Below are positions 7,469 through 15,695 of a stretch of 40,551 nucleotides of DNA, in pieces. The number at the start of each line of letters is the position of its first letter. The stretch's first letter is position 1. The position numbers and the translations under genes were made by a program. The stretch lies in IMG/VR virus record IMGVR_UViG_3300044477_000075, positions 1-40,551 of that record, one strand, 5' to 3'. The notes below the pieces were generated by a model. The model was not told where the DNA came from, did no database searches, and saw only the letters and a list, made by a program, of their open reading frames with translations. The DNA is from a virus. Its lineage: Duplodnaviria; Caudoviricetes.

Positions 7469-8128
7469 CTAAAAAGGTATTACGTTTCCACTATCTCCAA
7501 AACGGCCCCATTGCCAAACTCCTTTATCATTAGTTCGGCAAGCATAACCTTCGGAAATATATTTCGCCTTATTTTCTTTCCAATCTTTGGGTATTTTGTC
7601 AGGTCCACCAATTACATTAAAAACCTTACCCCCTTCTTTTTTTACTGTTTCATTTGGTTTTTCTGTGGGATTATACTCCGGATGTTTTTCGTTTGTTATT
7701 TCTGTTTTTGTCATTTCGTCAGCTTCAGCGTCGTCTTTGCTCGCCAACATGAACAAATCATTTAAAGCGTATTTCATTGCCCCTGTTTGCGCTTTGTAGG
7801 ACGCTTTATCCCCGGCTCTACCTTCCTTGTTTTTGTCAATACCCTCTCCTATTCCGACAAATTCGAGGCTTTCTGTTCCGTCGGTTATTTCAAAAGTAAC
7901 TTCCATTAAAACGTAACCTGGTTCAGAAAAAATTATTTTTTTGGATTTAGGAACAATAACAACTCCGTACTGGGTTAAAATCGGCTGTAACTTATTTGCT
8001 ATAGCTTCGTGACTGCGATAATTATAGTGTTGAAATGAATTTTCTGCCGTCTTCGGTATTGCCCCCAAAGCGTCCATAACAAATGAAATTTTTGCAATAA
8101 AATCTTTTTTACTTAAAGACTCCATCAT
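7469..8128 (-). CDS. erf: ERF-family ssDNA annealing protein
   Basis: IPKTAENSFQHYNYRS, GEGID, DKASYKAQTGAMKYALNDLF, DDAEAD. Confidence 0.85.
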   Translation of the reverse strand: MMESLSKKDFIAKISFVMDALGAIPKTAENSFQHYNYRSHEAIANKLQPILTQYGVVIVPKSKKIIFSEPGYVLMEVTFEITDGTESLEFVGIGEGIDKNKEGRAGDKASYKAQTGAMKYALNDLFMLASKDDAEADEMTKTEITNEKHPEYNPTEKPNETVKKEGGKVFNVIGGPDKIPKDWKENKAKYISEGYACRTNDKGVWQWGRFGDSGNVIPF

Positions 8129-8463
8129 ATCCCCCTTGTTTTTTGATCGTTCAGATTTAGCTGTTCAATGTGGTCAGTGATTGTAATTCCTTTACTTCCT
8201 AGCGTTAAATTTTGTTCACCGAAGTCTTGCCAAGCAGCGTTTAGCGTAACTTCGTCAAGTGCGACACCATGATAAAGCTTTGCAAACTCCGCATATCGTT
8301 GCTTAGTGTATGGAGCACTAAGGCAAGACGAACACAAATGCGACTCAACTTCTTTAAATGTTGTAGATTCTTCAACAATAATTACCTCATCCATTCCGCA
8401 CATTTGGCAAGTTACACCACATTTTATTTTACCGTTTACCGGTTCATAGTAATTTAGGCTCAT
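8125..8463 (-). CDS. Hypothetical zinc-finger protein
   Basis: CQMC...CSSC; AGGGGG RBS. Confidence 0.65.
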   Translation of the reverse strand: MSLNYYEPVNGKIKCGVTCQMCGMDEVIIVEESTTFKEVESHLCSSCLSAPYTKQRYAEFAKLYHGVALDEVTLNAAWQDFGEQNLTLGSKGITITDHIEQLNLNDQKTRGI

Positions 8464-8471
8464 TGTTCCCC

Positions 8472-8669
8472 CTAACCGATTTTTGATTGCACTAAATGTC
8501 TATCCATGTATTCCTTGATTGCTTCTGCCGTCAATTCTTGCTCAGTTCCAAACAATCCAGCTAACTTACGACTTTTAATCCACGCTTTCCACCGTTGCTT
8601 TAATGTCTTGTCAATTCGAGTATTTAACGCTTCCAAATGATTTTTCGCTCGCATAACTTTTTTAGCCAC
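8472..8669 (-). CDS. Ribbon-helix-helix-like transcription regulator
   Basis: Alternating strand LNTRID, helix, then QELTAEAIKEYM; first gene after the promoter at 8697; AAGGAGG RBS with GTG start. Confidence 0.65.
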   Translation of the reverse strand: MAKKVMRAKNHLEALNTRIDKTLKQRWKAWIKSRKLAGLFGTEQELTAEAIKEYMDRHLVQSKIG

Positions 8670-8696
8670 CTGTCACACCTCCTTTGTTATGATGTT

Positions 8697-8724
8697 AGTA
8701 TATCATTTGTAATACATTTGTCAA
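8697..8724 (-). promoter_or_regulatory. sigma70-type promoter TTGACA-N16-TATACT containing two ACAAATG boxes
   Basis: Minus strand TTGACA AATGTATTACAAATGA TATACT. Confidence 0.8.
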
Positions 8725-8731
8725 CTATTTT

Positions 8732-8887
8732 TTATTGTTTTCTTCGGTATGGTTGTTTCATTTCAACATACTTTTGACCGAAGCGTATCATGCGTCCAAT
8801 GATGACAGCTAAGTAAAACATGGCGATTATCAATAACATGGAAAACACCCAAACGCCTATGCGAGTATGAAAAATTAAGTGGATCAT
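8732..8887 (-). CDS. Small single-TM membrane protein (51 aa)
   Basis: GGAGGG RBS; IGVWVFSMLLIIAMFYLAVIIG. Confidence 0.6.
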   Translation of the reverse strand: MIHLIFHTRIGVWVFSMLLIIAMFYLAVIIGRMIRFGQKYVEMKQPYRRKQ

Positions 8888-8946
8888 TTACCCTCCGTTC
8901 CGATGGTTGGGAGCGCGTGAATTTTCTCTTCTAAAATTATCAAAAC

Positions 8947-9201
8947 TTATAAACCATCGTTAGGGTCATGCACTGCCTCATTTATTAAATACGCGACCGA
9001 CTTCTTCTCCACATACTCACCTTGCGCTAGGGAGTAGAGGGAAGTGAACGCAACACAAATATGCTTATTGCGTTTTTCTGGGTTTGTAAAGTTTAGCCGT
9101 ACCGTATCTATAAAGGCATTTTTTAATATCAGCAGCCCTCGATATAAATCACCTTCCGGTATCTCGCACGCTAAAATTTCCTCAACGCTCATAACTTTCA
9201 T
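8947..9201 (-). CDS. Hypothetical protein
   Basis: ORF in the dense early block. Confidence 0.55.
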   Translation of the reverse strand: MKVMSVEEILACEIPEGDLYRGLLILKNAFIDTVRLNFTNPEKRNKHICVAFTSLYSLAQGEYVEKKSVAYLINEAVHDPNDGL

Positions 9202-9927
9202 TTGTTGAGTCCGCCCTTCATTTTAATTAAGTTGATTTTTTTAATCTTTGTTAGCATATGACCGTGGTACTTTAAAACAGCATCTTCGCGTATCTCATTA
9301 AGTCTAATTAGTTAAATCCTCCCTCGTAACATCTTACTATAACTTTCACATGCGGCTAATTCTTCTTCCAAATTATTTACAGTTGACATATCTAATTGTG
9401 TGAAAAATGGTTTGAACTTCTTCACAGAAAAAGGAAACACAGAATCAAACCATTTTGAATCATACCAAATATATCTCATAACCTACCCTTTCGCGCGTTT
9501 TCTAATTTTAATAAATCTCGGATCTCAATTATTACCGCCCAAAATTAATCAAGCCAATAGGCAAATATTAAAGACATTGCTGCTACCAACATCCTGTTAA
9601 AAGTATTAAAAAATCACTCATTTCCGCTTACCACCTTTCTTGTGCGCTAGGCAACGCTCGCAAGTAACTTTAGCCCAATTTATAGATGCTCTGGATTGCT
9701 CTAGCACAATTCCTCCACACGCAATAGCAATCATTCCAAAACGAATAAAATCAATTTGTTTATGCACCACTTTTTTCATTTAGCGCCGACTTCTATTCTT
9801 GCGTCTGCTCAATTTTGATATTTTATTCTGCTTTCTTACTTTACCTTTTTTATTCTTATTTTCGTTTCGGTTATGTGTTCTATCATCACTCATCATCAAA
9901 CCAGATAAAGTATAGGGTAAATAACTT

Positions 9928-10308
9928 TTAAGGCTCACTCAACACCTCTTCCCCGGCTCGGATGGCTTCGTTGATTTTATCTCGCGTAGTTCCATAAGGA
10001 ATCACGTACTTTAATAATTCGGTTTGCATCCTTACCACTTCTCGTAGGCGTGCGTTTTCTATAAAGCAATGTTCACATTTAGTTTTCCATACCGAGGAAG
10101 AATCATTACGATAAAGTTTACCAGTCGATTCAATAAATATTTTTTTAATCCCAGGAGAATTTTCGTCCGAATGCTTGTAAAGCTCTGCGCTGTGTTTTGA
10201 ACACGAAATTTCATCGTAACGTTTTCCCATGTCATCACAAGAAACGACACGATGATTGCATTTATGACTATTACAAAACAAACATTTAGTATCTGAACGT
10301 TTAATCAT
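9928..10308 (-). CDS. Hypothetical Cys-rich protein
   Basis: Abuts the upstream gene; GGGAG RBS. Confidence 0.65.
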   Translation of the reverse strand: MIKRSDTKCLFCNSHKCNHRVVSCDDMGKRYDEISCSKHSAELYKHSDENSPGIKKIFIESTGKLYRNDSSSVWKTKCEHCFIENARLREVVRMQTELLKYVIPYGTTRDKINEAIRAGEEVLSEP

Positions 10309-10614
10309 CTAAACTCCCTCCGCCTTTTTCAGTGCTGACGCGAGTTGGCAATCCGGTTTGTGACCGTTCACTTGATTGTTCCCGCAGCAAGGACACTCGT
10401 TGTAAGCTTCGTTGATTGAAATATAAACTTCTTTCCACTCCACTGCCTTAAGCGCGGCGTACATGTCTGGGGCTGATGCCCACAAAACGGCATCTTCATA
10501 CTTTCTTACATCTGCCAAAGCTTCTTTTCCAGAAAAAATAGTTATGTCGTTGTACCCATTCATGTCACAAGTGTGTGCTCTCAGCGGCCCCGGCGTAAAC
10601 TTTGGCTCACTCAT
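10309..10614 (-). CDS. Conserved phage early protein (TPGP...APDMxxALK type)
   Basis: KFTPGP, ASAPDMYAALK, CPCC...HKPDC, ALKKAEG. Confidence 0.7.
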   Translation of the reverse strand: MSEPKFTPGPLRAHTCDMNGYNDITIFSGKEALADVRKYEDAVLWASAPDMYAALKAVEWKEVYISINEAYNECPCCGNNQVNGHKPDCQLASALKKAEGV

Positions 10615-10754
10615 GGCTTAACCTCAATTTTTATCTGTCTTTTAAATTCGCACTTATCACATTCAAATATGCCGGGGGACGTTTCGGTAATATTCCCTCC
10701 ACATTCACAAGGAAACGACTCTTTTTTGTCCTCTGGAATTTCATCAAAGCTCAC
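10611..10754 (-). CDS. Small zinc-ribbon protein (47 aa)
   Basis: PCECGG...FECDKC; GTGA and ATGA overlaps with both neighbours. Confidence 0.65.
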   Translation of the reverse strand: MSFDEIPEDKKESFPCECGGNITETSPGIFECDKCEFKRQIKIEVKP

Positions 10755-11131
10755 GGCTGCACCTCCGGAGTCAGGGATGCGAGGCGACGGGTTATTTCAT
10801 TTGTTGTATGTCTACCGCTCCATCTTTCTTTTTTGAAGCAAGTTTCTATCTCCTCAACTATATTGATTACCTGTGCGATTGCCTGCGCGTGGCCTTGTTT
10901 AAAACCAACTTGCTTGCCATGTTCAATTCCCTGCATGTGTATATCAATTTCTTCTGGAGTCGCCACATTTCCTACGCGCATATCCTTCTGCGTCTCGGCT
11001 TCCAGAGAGATTAGTGCATCAGCGAAATCAAGTGCAAATTTAACAACTTGTTTTTCATCTTCGGTGTGACTTCTTTTACAACGAATATACTCATATACTG
11101 CGCCGGATGATATTTCAAGTCTGTCATTCAT
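10751..11131 (-). CDS. Hypothetical protein
   Basis: GGAGGTG RBS; coupled to neighbours. Confidence 0.65.
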   Translation of the reverse strand: MNDRLEISSGAVYEYIRCKRSHTEDEKQVVKFALDFADALISLEAETQKDMRVGNVATPEEIDIHMQGIEHGKQVGFKQGHAQAIAQVINIVEEIETCFKKERWSGRHTTNEITRRLASLTPEVQP

Positions 11132-11292
11132 GGTTCACCTCCAAATATTCGTTGAGCACAATTGTTTGGTATTTAAGCGCCTCGGAGCGCGTAAACGTTT
11201 CAACCGCTAACCGCGCCATTGCATACGCATATTTGCATTTCAAAATAACCAGTTTTTCTACCGCAGTTAATTCAACCATGATTTATTCCCCC

Positions 11293-11484
11293 TTAAATTT
11301 TATTTTGTTTTACCAACCAATCAGCACATCTACTTCTAGCAACATCAACGTTTTTGGCAATAGTAGAAAACAAAGATCCATCTTTACTTCTATAAAAGTA
11401 TTCAACCATTTGTTTTTTTAGAATATTTGATTGAAACGTTTCAAATTTTTCTTCCCTGTTTTTTATTTCTTTGACTTCAATCAT
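11293..11484 (-). CDS. Hypothetical protein, first gene after the promoter at 11521
   Basis: AAGGTGG RBS before ATG 11484; YFYRSKDGSLFSTIAK. Confidence 0.6.
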   Translation of the reverse strand: MIEVKEIKNREEKFETFQSNILKKQMVEYFYRSKDGSLFSTIAKNVDVARSRCADWLVKQNKI

Positions 11485-11520
11485 TGTCTTGAACCACCTT
11501 GAATTTGTAACCACAAAACA

Positions 11521-11548
11521 AGTATAACATTTGTTTGGTTTTTGTCAA
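11521..11548 (-). promoter_or_regulatory. sigma70-type promoter TTGACA-N16-TATACT with extended -10
   Basis: Minus strand TTGACA AAAACCAAACAAATGT TATACT, nearly the same as 1677-1704. Confidence 0.8.
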
Positions 11549-11562
11549 TTCTTTTTTTAGAT

Positions 11563-11594
11563 AAAAGGAAGGCCGCTCCTTTTCAGAAGCGGCC
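11563..11594 (-). terminator. Intrinsic terminator at the end of the late operon and sRNA candidate
   Basis: GGCCGCUUCU-GAAA-AGGAGCGGCC followed by UUCCUUUU. Confidence 0.8.
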
Positions 11595-11642
11595 AGGACA
11601 ACGCTCGTAGCCAGGGGGATGAACAACGAGCGCCGAGGCGAT
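11563..11642 (-). ncRNA. Candidate ~80-nt sRNA with C-rich anti-SD loop
   Basis: Own promoter (11649-11676), stem CGCUCGU/ACGAGCG enclosing UGUUCAUCCCCCUGGCU, then a terminator; no ORF on this strand. Confidence 0.55.
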
Positions 11643-11648
11643 ATGCTA

Positions 11649-11676
11649 ATTATACAGAAAATTAACTATCTGTAAA
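11649..11676 (-). promoter_or_regulatory. sigma70-type promoter TTTACA-N16-TATAAT
   Basis: Overlaps the stop of 11666..12295 and points into the hairpin pair. Confidence 0.6.
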
Positions 11677-12295
11677 GCTTAAAATTAAACGTTGAAATTT
11701 TAACACTTCGCTGATTAATTAAACCGTCGAATAAATCACCGGGAACGGCTTCCTGCCAATTAACACCAGGCCCGACTACTTCGCGTATTAAAGGATGGTG
11801 CATGTACGCCCACGCTATCAATTCCGAACAATTAACCAGTTTAGGATCATCTGGAATAATCGGGAAAACAACGTGCACCCCTGCCGCGTAATCATATTTT
11901 TCTCCCACTCTTGAATATATACGGTTTTTTATTATAGAAAATTCGCGCGGGTTTAAATCAGTAAACGTAAAGGCGATTATTTGATATTCATCCGAATTAA
12001 ATCGGTCAAGTGTGGTAACTACTATTCTTCCTTGATCCGCTTCTGCACTTACCGTTTCATGCACTATACCTTTATTACCACCATTTAAACCAAAGTATGT
12101 TTCGCCGTGTGAAAACAGCGAACCTGTGGCCGAAGTTATCATGCCGCTAGTTCCCTTACCGTCTGTACGTCGAACAAGCACAATTGTACCGGGCATTAAA
12201 GATTTAACAAATTCAGCGTATTCGGTTTTGACAAAATTAACTGTTTTGCTGAAAAATCCAAAGTAACCCATGATTGACTTGAATAGTTTATACAT
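11666..12295 (-). CDS. Permuted papain-like NlpC/P60 amidase (YiiX/YebB-like)
   Basis: His before Cys: PGTIVLVR, FSHGETY, GEKYDY, NCSELIAWAY, VPGDL. Confidence 0.82.
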   Translation of the reverse strand: MYKLFKSIMGYFGFFSKTVNFVKTEYAEFVKSLMPGTIVLVRRTDGKGTSGMITSATGSLFSHGETYFGLNGGNKGIVHETVSAEADQGRIVVTTLDRFNSDEYQIIAFTFTDLNPREFSIIKNRIYSRVGEKYDYAAGVHVVFPIIPDDPKLVNCSELIAWAYMHHPLIREVVGPGVNWQEAVPGDLFDGLINQRSVKISTFNFKLYR

Positions 12296-12527
12296 TAGGG
12301 CTGATTCCTTTATTTTTTTCTTCTAAAACTTTTTGTCCAAAAAACAAAAACGCCAAAGAAACTATCGCGCTTAATCCCGCATAAAGAAGCCCATAGGCTT
12401 CAACCCTAACCCACAACGGTAGAAAACATATAACCATCACATTACCGCCAGACCAAAGGACGATAATCATTCTTCTAAGGCCAATTAACTTTTCAAGAAA
12501 TTTATCCATTAGTACCATCCCCACCAA
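12288..12527 (-). CDS. Two-TM membrane protein, holin candidate (start uncertain)
   Basis: Two hydrophobic segments and a charged C-terminus; lysis region. Confidence 0.55.
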   Translation of the reverse strand: MVGMVLMDKFLEKLIGLRRMIIVLWSGGNVMVICFLPLWVRVEAYGLLYAGLSAIVSLAFLFFGQKVLEEKNKGISPNV

Positions 12528-13138
12528 TATGATTTAGAAAAACTTTTTTTGCGCTTTATTACGGTTGGAGTAGGTGTAGTAATATCGTAACTCACCTCAG
12601 CATAACACCACGAGCATGCAACAATTGGGCTGCAATCAGTAGAGTATATGCCAAACGCCTGTAACGGTTTTGTTCCACCGCCATTAATTTCATCCACCGA
12701 CCATGCTGATTCGGTGGCTGGATTTGTAGTCAAAGCATATCCGTATAGCGAATACGAAGTTGTAGGGTTAATTAGTGATGCGGAAATTGGATAAGCCGTA
12801 TTACTTACCGTTACAGCCACACCCATAGTAGAAACCCCAGCGCTTTGAATTGCCGAAGTAAAATAAATTGCCAATGAAATGTTTGTGGCGTTTTCGGGAA
12901 CGGAAAATTTTGAAAAACCCATAATTAATTCTCCGGGAGTACCGTTCCAATACATATAAGCAGAATCATCGCGGGTTGTTTCCGAAACGTGCGAGAAATA
13001 ATTTGCGGGTGATCCGGGAACATATCCTGGACTTCCACCTATTTGGTAGTCGCTGGTAGGGCGTTGCGTTTCTGTAGCTGAAAACGAAATTGACGCGCAC
13101 ATCAAAACCATAAAAATGGATAGCAATATTTTTTTCAT
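12509..13138 (-). CDS. Signal-peptide protein with a beta-rich, virion/lectin-like domain
   Basis: MKKILLSIFMVLMCASISFS-A; TTNPATESAWSVDEIN...LQAFG; PT linker and basic/aromatic tail. Confidence 0.7.
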   Translation of the reverse strand: MKKILLSIFMVLMCASISFSATETQRPTSDYQIGGSPGYVPGSPANYFSHVSETTRDDSAYMYWNGTPGELIMGFSKFSVPENATNISLAIYFTSAIQSAGVSTMGVAVTVSNTAYPISASLINPTTSYSLYGYALTTNPATESAWSVDEINGGGTKPLQAFGIYSTDCSPIVACSWCYAEVSYDITTPTPTVIKRKKSFSKSYWWGWY

Positions 13139-14178
13139 TAGTATGCCACCCCATTGGCGGTTATCGTGTTGCTAGTTCCTAAATTTGAAATCTTGGTACC
13201 AGGCATGTCAATGATATTTCCGCCACCAAGGCAGTGGCTTGAGTTTGAAGTCATAACGATTCCATTTGCAATCAACGTGTTTCCGTTGCACTCAATGATA
13301 TTTGTGTCTACCGAACAATACCCGGATGCAACCTGTATACCAGTGCATCCCGTGATCTCTGTATAGTGGTGAATTTCGTTAAGATGCGCGAAAGAATAAC
13401 TTGCTCCTGTTCCAAAATTAATACCGATGTTTGAAATTCCGGCCATGAAAATAATATTATTTATTGCTTTGGTAGCGGGAGAATTGGAGTGTATGGGGTT
13501 TCCGAGAATGTGAATAAATTTGCTACCCGTTATCCTTGCGTCTGTGCCGCTTTTGAAGTACACGCCCTTAGCGTTGCTGTCTTCAAAAATACAGTCAACA
13601 AAACGTGTTCCCCAACATGAATTGAACTCGGCACAGTTACCGTTCATGTTGTAGAAAAATACGTTTTGAAAAAGCGTGTCCGCACATTGACCGGTTCCGA
13701 GTCCGTCATAGTATCCGCGTCCACCCGATGGGTTGTTTGCTCGGTTTCCGTTTATCATCAAGCCTCGGATGGTAATGAACGTTGAGGAACCTGCGGTGAT
13801 TGATGTTGCAAATGCGTCGCAGTTTGACCCATTTGCCATGTATATGGTAGTGCATGCAGCTCCCATACCCTCGATGGTTATTCCACCATACGAAAGTGCG
13901 GGTATAATTACAGTTCCAGAAAAGTTGTATAATCCTCCAAGAACTTTTATGAGCGCTGCATGAGGCAGGGTTTTTACATAATCGAGCATATCTTGCCACA
14001 CCAGATTATCGTTTGTTCCGGTGCAAAAATAGTCGGCTCCCGCCGTTTGACTAGATGAAAGTGAAGCAATGGTGATAGTCGCACTTGGGGAGTACGGATT
14101 GGCATAGGATGGTGATGCCGCACTCGCTTTTACGCTAAAGCAAGCCATCAATAAAAATGCGGTAAATATTTTTTTCAT
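13138..14178 (-). CDS. Signal-peptide right-handed beta-helix (tailspike/pectate lyase-like) protein
   Basis: MKKIFTAFLLMACFSVKASA-A; ADYFCTGTND, GGLYNF, ITIEGMG, ITIRGLMINGNRAN and repeated N-x-I rungs. Confidence 0.8.
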   Translation of the reverse strand: MKKIFTAFLLMACFSVKASAASPSYANPYSPSATITIASLSSSQTAGADYFCTGTNDNLVWQDMLDYVKTLPHAALIKVLGGLYNFSGTVIIPALSYGGITIEGMGAACTTIYMANGSNCDAFATSITAGSSTFITIRGLMINGNRANNPSGGRGYYDGLGTGQCADTLFQNVFFYNMNGNCAEFNSCWGTRFVDCIFEDSNAKGVYFKSGTDARITGSKFIHILGNPIHSNSPATKAINNIIFMAGISNIGINFGTGASYSFAHLNEIHHYTEITGCTGIQVASGYCSVDTNIIECNGNTLIANGIVMTSNSSHCLGGGNIIDMPGTKISNLGTSNTITANGVAY

Positions 14179-14681
14179 TTAACCCTCTGTTTTAGTTCGT
14201 TAATTAACTGGTTTGTTTTATTTGTGTTTTCTTCCAACATAGAAAACAATTTGTTTTGATTAGATAAGTTTTCTACCGACTTATTTACCACGGTCATATA
14301 TCCGACAATCACAGTAAGCGCAATGCTTAGAAATAAGCTTCCTACAATTACCACGTTTGTTTTAAACCAAAATTCGGTTTTGTTTGCGGCAGCTAATGAC
14401 TTAGCTGTATTTTCTGCCGCGTCTTGATTATGCTTACAAAAGGCATCTATTTTTTTTGAGTGGTCTTGTATTAGTCCGCTATTTGTCAATTCATTTTGCT
14501 TAACCGTATTTATTCTATAATTGAGTTCAATCCTTGACGCCTCTTGGTCTTTCCTCACCTGTTCAAACTCAATTTTAATTTTTTCGGCCAAATTACGGGA
14601 ATATACAGTTCCGCATTCATTTAGTTTAGAAATTGTTTCGGCCAAATCACGATCAGGACTCATTGGTAATCTCTCCTGCAA
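14175..14681 (-). CDS. Coiled-coil protein with one C-proximal TM helix (lysis region; start may be the internal MSPDR)
   Basis: VVIVGSLFLSIALTVIVGYMTVV flanked by heptad-like segments. Confidence 0.6.
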   Translation of the reverse strand: MQERLPMSPDRDLAETISKLNECGTVYSRNLAEKIKIEFEQVRKDQEASRIELNYRINTVKQNELTNSGLIQDHSKKIDAFCKHNQDAAENTAKSLAAANKTEFWFKTNVVIVGSLFLSIALTVIVGYMTVVNKSVENLSNQNKLFSMLEENTNKTNQLINELKQRVK

Positions 14682-14776
14682 TTATTTCAAAAATCGACAT
14701 TTCTATTAACATTCCAACAGTAAAACCCATTGCCTGCAAATCATAAATAAACTGGTTACTGTACAAAATGTAATTA

Positions 14777-15202
14777 TCATCCATTGCTTGCCATTGACGC
14801 TTTGATTGCGGTCACACCATCGCCATCAACTTGAACATGTAAATGAAAACCAACCACATCATGCGCTAAAGCCGTCTCACATTTACCCGTATATTCAAAG
14901 TGACTATTCAAAAATTCAACCATTAAATTAATTTCTTCTTTCGTGAAGTCAAGTGCCCTTAAATCAATTCCACGCCAAACTTCGTGCACGCCCACTTTTT
15001 CAATCATTTCTACATCATTGGCATAAATCAAACGGCGTTCTTCTTCGGTTCGGTAAATTTCTGTAATCACTAAAAACTTTTGAAAGTTATCAAACACAAA
15101 ACCAGCAAGGGCGTAAATAATCACGCGCAAACGCCCGTCTAAACGTTTATCTTTCCACTCGTCAACTTGGCGCTGATTTTTAAAATTAATTAAGTGCATC
15201 AT
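14777..15202 (-). CDS. Endolysin candidate, peptidase M15-like Zn peptidase
   Basis: ITEIYRT, GVHEVWRGIDLR (H-x6-D) and HLHVQV (HxH). Confidence 0.78.
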   Translation of the reverse strand: MMHLINFKNQRQVDEWKDKRLDGRLRVIIYALAGFVFDNFQKFLVITEIYRTEEERRLIYANDVEMIEKVGVHEVWRGIDLRALDFTKEEINLMVEFLNSHFEYTGKCETALAHDVVGFHLHVQVDGDGVTAIKASMASNG

Positions 15203-15212
15203 TTAACCCACC

Positions 15213-15695
15213 TTATTCAATATATTCATTATTCGCTAGAACACTTAAGTCTTTTTCTCTGTTTTTTTGTTCTGATAAAAATTGTTCTAGCTGCTTGCGT
15301 TTAAGCATTGCATCCGTGGCTTGTTTTTCTTTAATTAGTTTATCAATATACGTTTTATAATATTCAGATTGCGAAGGATCGGTATTTATTGCCTTTTGAA
15401 ATGACTGTATAGCTCCCACAAAATCAGGCCCGTTAGGGTCGTGATATGCAGATAGTGCCTCTCGTACATATTGAGATGCAGGAGATTTATCGGGATTAAT
15501 TTCCTGACGTGTCTGTTCTGGATTATACATACTTGCGTTAGCCGCAGGAACGGAAAAAGGGTTATTGAACGGTGTTTTATTTACAAATGTTTTATACGGT
15601 TTTTTTGATCCAAACAAAGAAGCTAATTGCTCCAACAATCCTGGTTGTTTTTGTTCCCACATTTTATTTTCCTTTGTTGTACGAGTTAAAGTCAT
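15213..15695 (-). CDS. Hypothetical protein with TPR-like helix pair (likely start MWEQK at 15662)
   Basis: DFVGAIQSFQKAINTDP; follows the large ejection protein. Confidence 0.55.
   Translation of the reverse strand: MTLTRTTKENKMWEQKQPGLLEQLASLFGSKKPYKTFVNKTPFNNPFSVPAANASMYNPEQTRQEINPDKSPASQYVREALSAYHDPNGPDFVGAIQSFQKAINTDPSQSEYYKTYIDKLIKEKQATDAMLKRKQLEQFLSEQKNREKDLSVLANNEYIE

Noticed and set aside
9545-9621. Possible frameshifted small membrane gene (MSDFLILLTG plus MLVAAMSLIFAYWLD)
   Set aside because: Too short to distinguish from chance without homologues or reads.
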